The notes under the pieces were generated by a model that did no database searches, was not told the DNA's origin, and was given only the letters and a program-made list of their open reading frames with translations. Shown here one piece after another: positions 62,774-64,000 of a stretch of DNA of 64,000 nucleotides. A program made the position numbers and the translations under genes. This DNA is from Candidatus Heimdallarchaeota archaeon (GTDB lineage: Archaea; Asgardarchaeota; Heimdallarchaeia; Heimdallarchaeales; Heimdallarchaeaceae): the NCBI GenBank assembly GCA_019057815.1, contig JAHLWR010000007.1, positions 32,001 through 96,000 on the forward strand. The letters are read 5' to 3'. The first letter of the stretch is position 1. The number at the start of each line of letters is the position of its first letter.

Positions 62774-64000
62774 ATGATGTCAAAGAAGAAGTTTTGTGGT
62801 ATTTTAATCTTGTTAATTACTATTTCAAGCAGTTTTGTGGTTTTTCAAACATCGATTCTACGAACTGATACCAGATTAGTACCAGCATTATCACCTAGTT
62901 TACCATTCGACATGAAATTTGATTCAACATTACCAGTAAACATTACCACAAGTTCAAATTATTTTGATGGTTATAATCTGTTTGTTTTAGAAAATATCAA
63001 TATGGCTACACAACAAGTTGTTGAGCAAGTTCTATACATAACCGATATGAAAGGAACCATAATTTATCAAAAGAAGGTAGGTAGCACGACACTCCCTGAT
63101 GTTGAATCTTATAGCGTGGAATTCATCAATTCTAAGACTGTGATTTGTGGTTTAGCAAATAGTGTAATTCTGTTGAATATTGAAACTAACGAAGTTGTTG
63201 ATTTGGGCTTTAAAGGGCATCATGATTACGAGCTAAATCCTATAAATAATACTTATTTCACTTTAATTATTTATCAAACGTGGGTTGACGAAGAACCAGT
63301 TGTCTTTGATATAGTAAGGGAACATGATTTTGATGGAAATATAGTTTGGGAGTCAAGTACATGGAATTATGTTAATTTAGATCACTGGTGTCCTTTTGAG
63401 GATAAATTCGATGTAAGAGTTGACCTTACACATACAAACACGATTATCTTTGACGACAAAGAAGATGTTTTGTACATCAATTGTCGAAATACTAATACTT
63501 TCTATAAAATAGATCATAAGACTGGAGACCTTTTATGGTCTCAAGGTCAGTTTGGTAATTTTACTCTTCGTGATATTCATTGAAACATTAAGGACACATT
63601 ATTTTACCATTCTCACGCTTTAGAAATCGTAGATAAAGACACTTTCATTCTCTTTGATAATGATTATCATAACCAAACTAATGCCTTAAATGAACAATCA
63701 AGAATGGTTGAAATAACAATAGATGAAGAAACTTTGACTGCTAACGTAACTTGGGAATGGACAGCTCCAAAAGAGTATTATTCCAGTATCTGGGGAGATT
63801 CAGATAGACTTCCTAATTCTAATCGTCTAGGATGCTTTGGAACTAGAACTCATGGGGATTTTGAAGATATCAGCGCTAGACTAGTTGAAGTAAATGATAC
63901 TGGGAAAATTGTCTGGGAAATGAATTTTCCTAAAAAGGGAAACATAGCTTATGGCATATACAGAGTTGAAAGATTCAGTTTTTCACCTTATGTTGATATT
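62774..64000 (+). pseudogene. Arylsulfotransferase-like protein 3 with in-frame TGA at 63581-63583; runs off the window
   Basis: RDIH*NIKDTLFYHSH continues in frame to WGDSDRLPNSNRLG; paralogs have Gly at the stop position. Confidence 0.8.

Noticed and set aside
63581-63583. TGA as selenocysteine or programmed readthrough
   Set aside because: It aligns to Gly, not Cys, in both paralogs; a single GGA>TGA change explains it

Overview
AT-rich (~30% GC) archaeal DNA, most consistent with an Asgard archaeon (Heimdallarchaeia-like). The evidence is archaeal-type AsnRS, F420-dependent Mtd, and many NosD/beta-helix and other surface proteins ending in a TM helix plus basic tail; the taxonomic call is an inference. 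The main feature is a minus-strand ORF of more than 2,250 codons that the ORF track missed because it runs off the left edge (6759 to <1). It encodes a type I PKS/FAS-like megasynthase, ER(degenerate)-ER-KS-AT-KS-ACP..., whose carrier domain has Thr (LGIDTIKQ) at the canonical phosphopantetheine Ser. It lies 10 bp downstream of an acyl-CoA carboxyltransferase gene, which is divergent from a biotin ligase, with a DegV gene nearby. Other features: (1) a GH127 gene split by a ~19.2 kb integrase-less island of 5'-truncated genes, an LRR protein, a caspase-fold protease, three PD-(D/E)XK-like nucleases and a HEPN protein; (2) a 349-bp MITE-like element with TIRs, a 3-bp TSD and a densely structured GC-rich interior, interrupting a serine-hydrolase-like gene; (3) a duplicated gene 3' end with TA modules and an inserted FTR1; (4) two IS200/IS605-type end relics; (5) a tandem array of three arylsulfotransferase-like genes. 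No rRNA, tRNA or CRISPR array was recognised.
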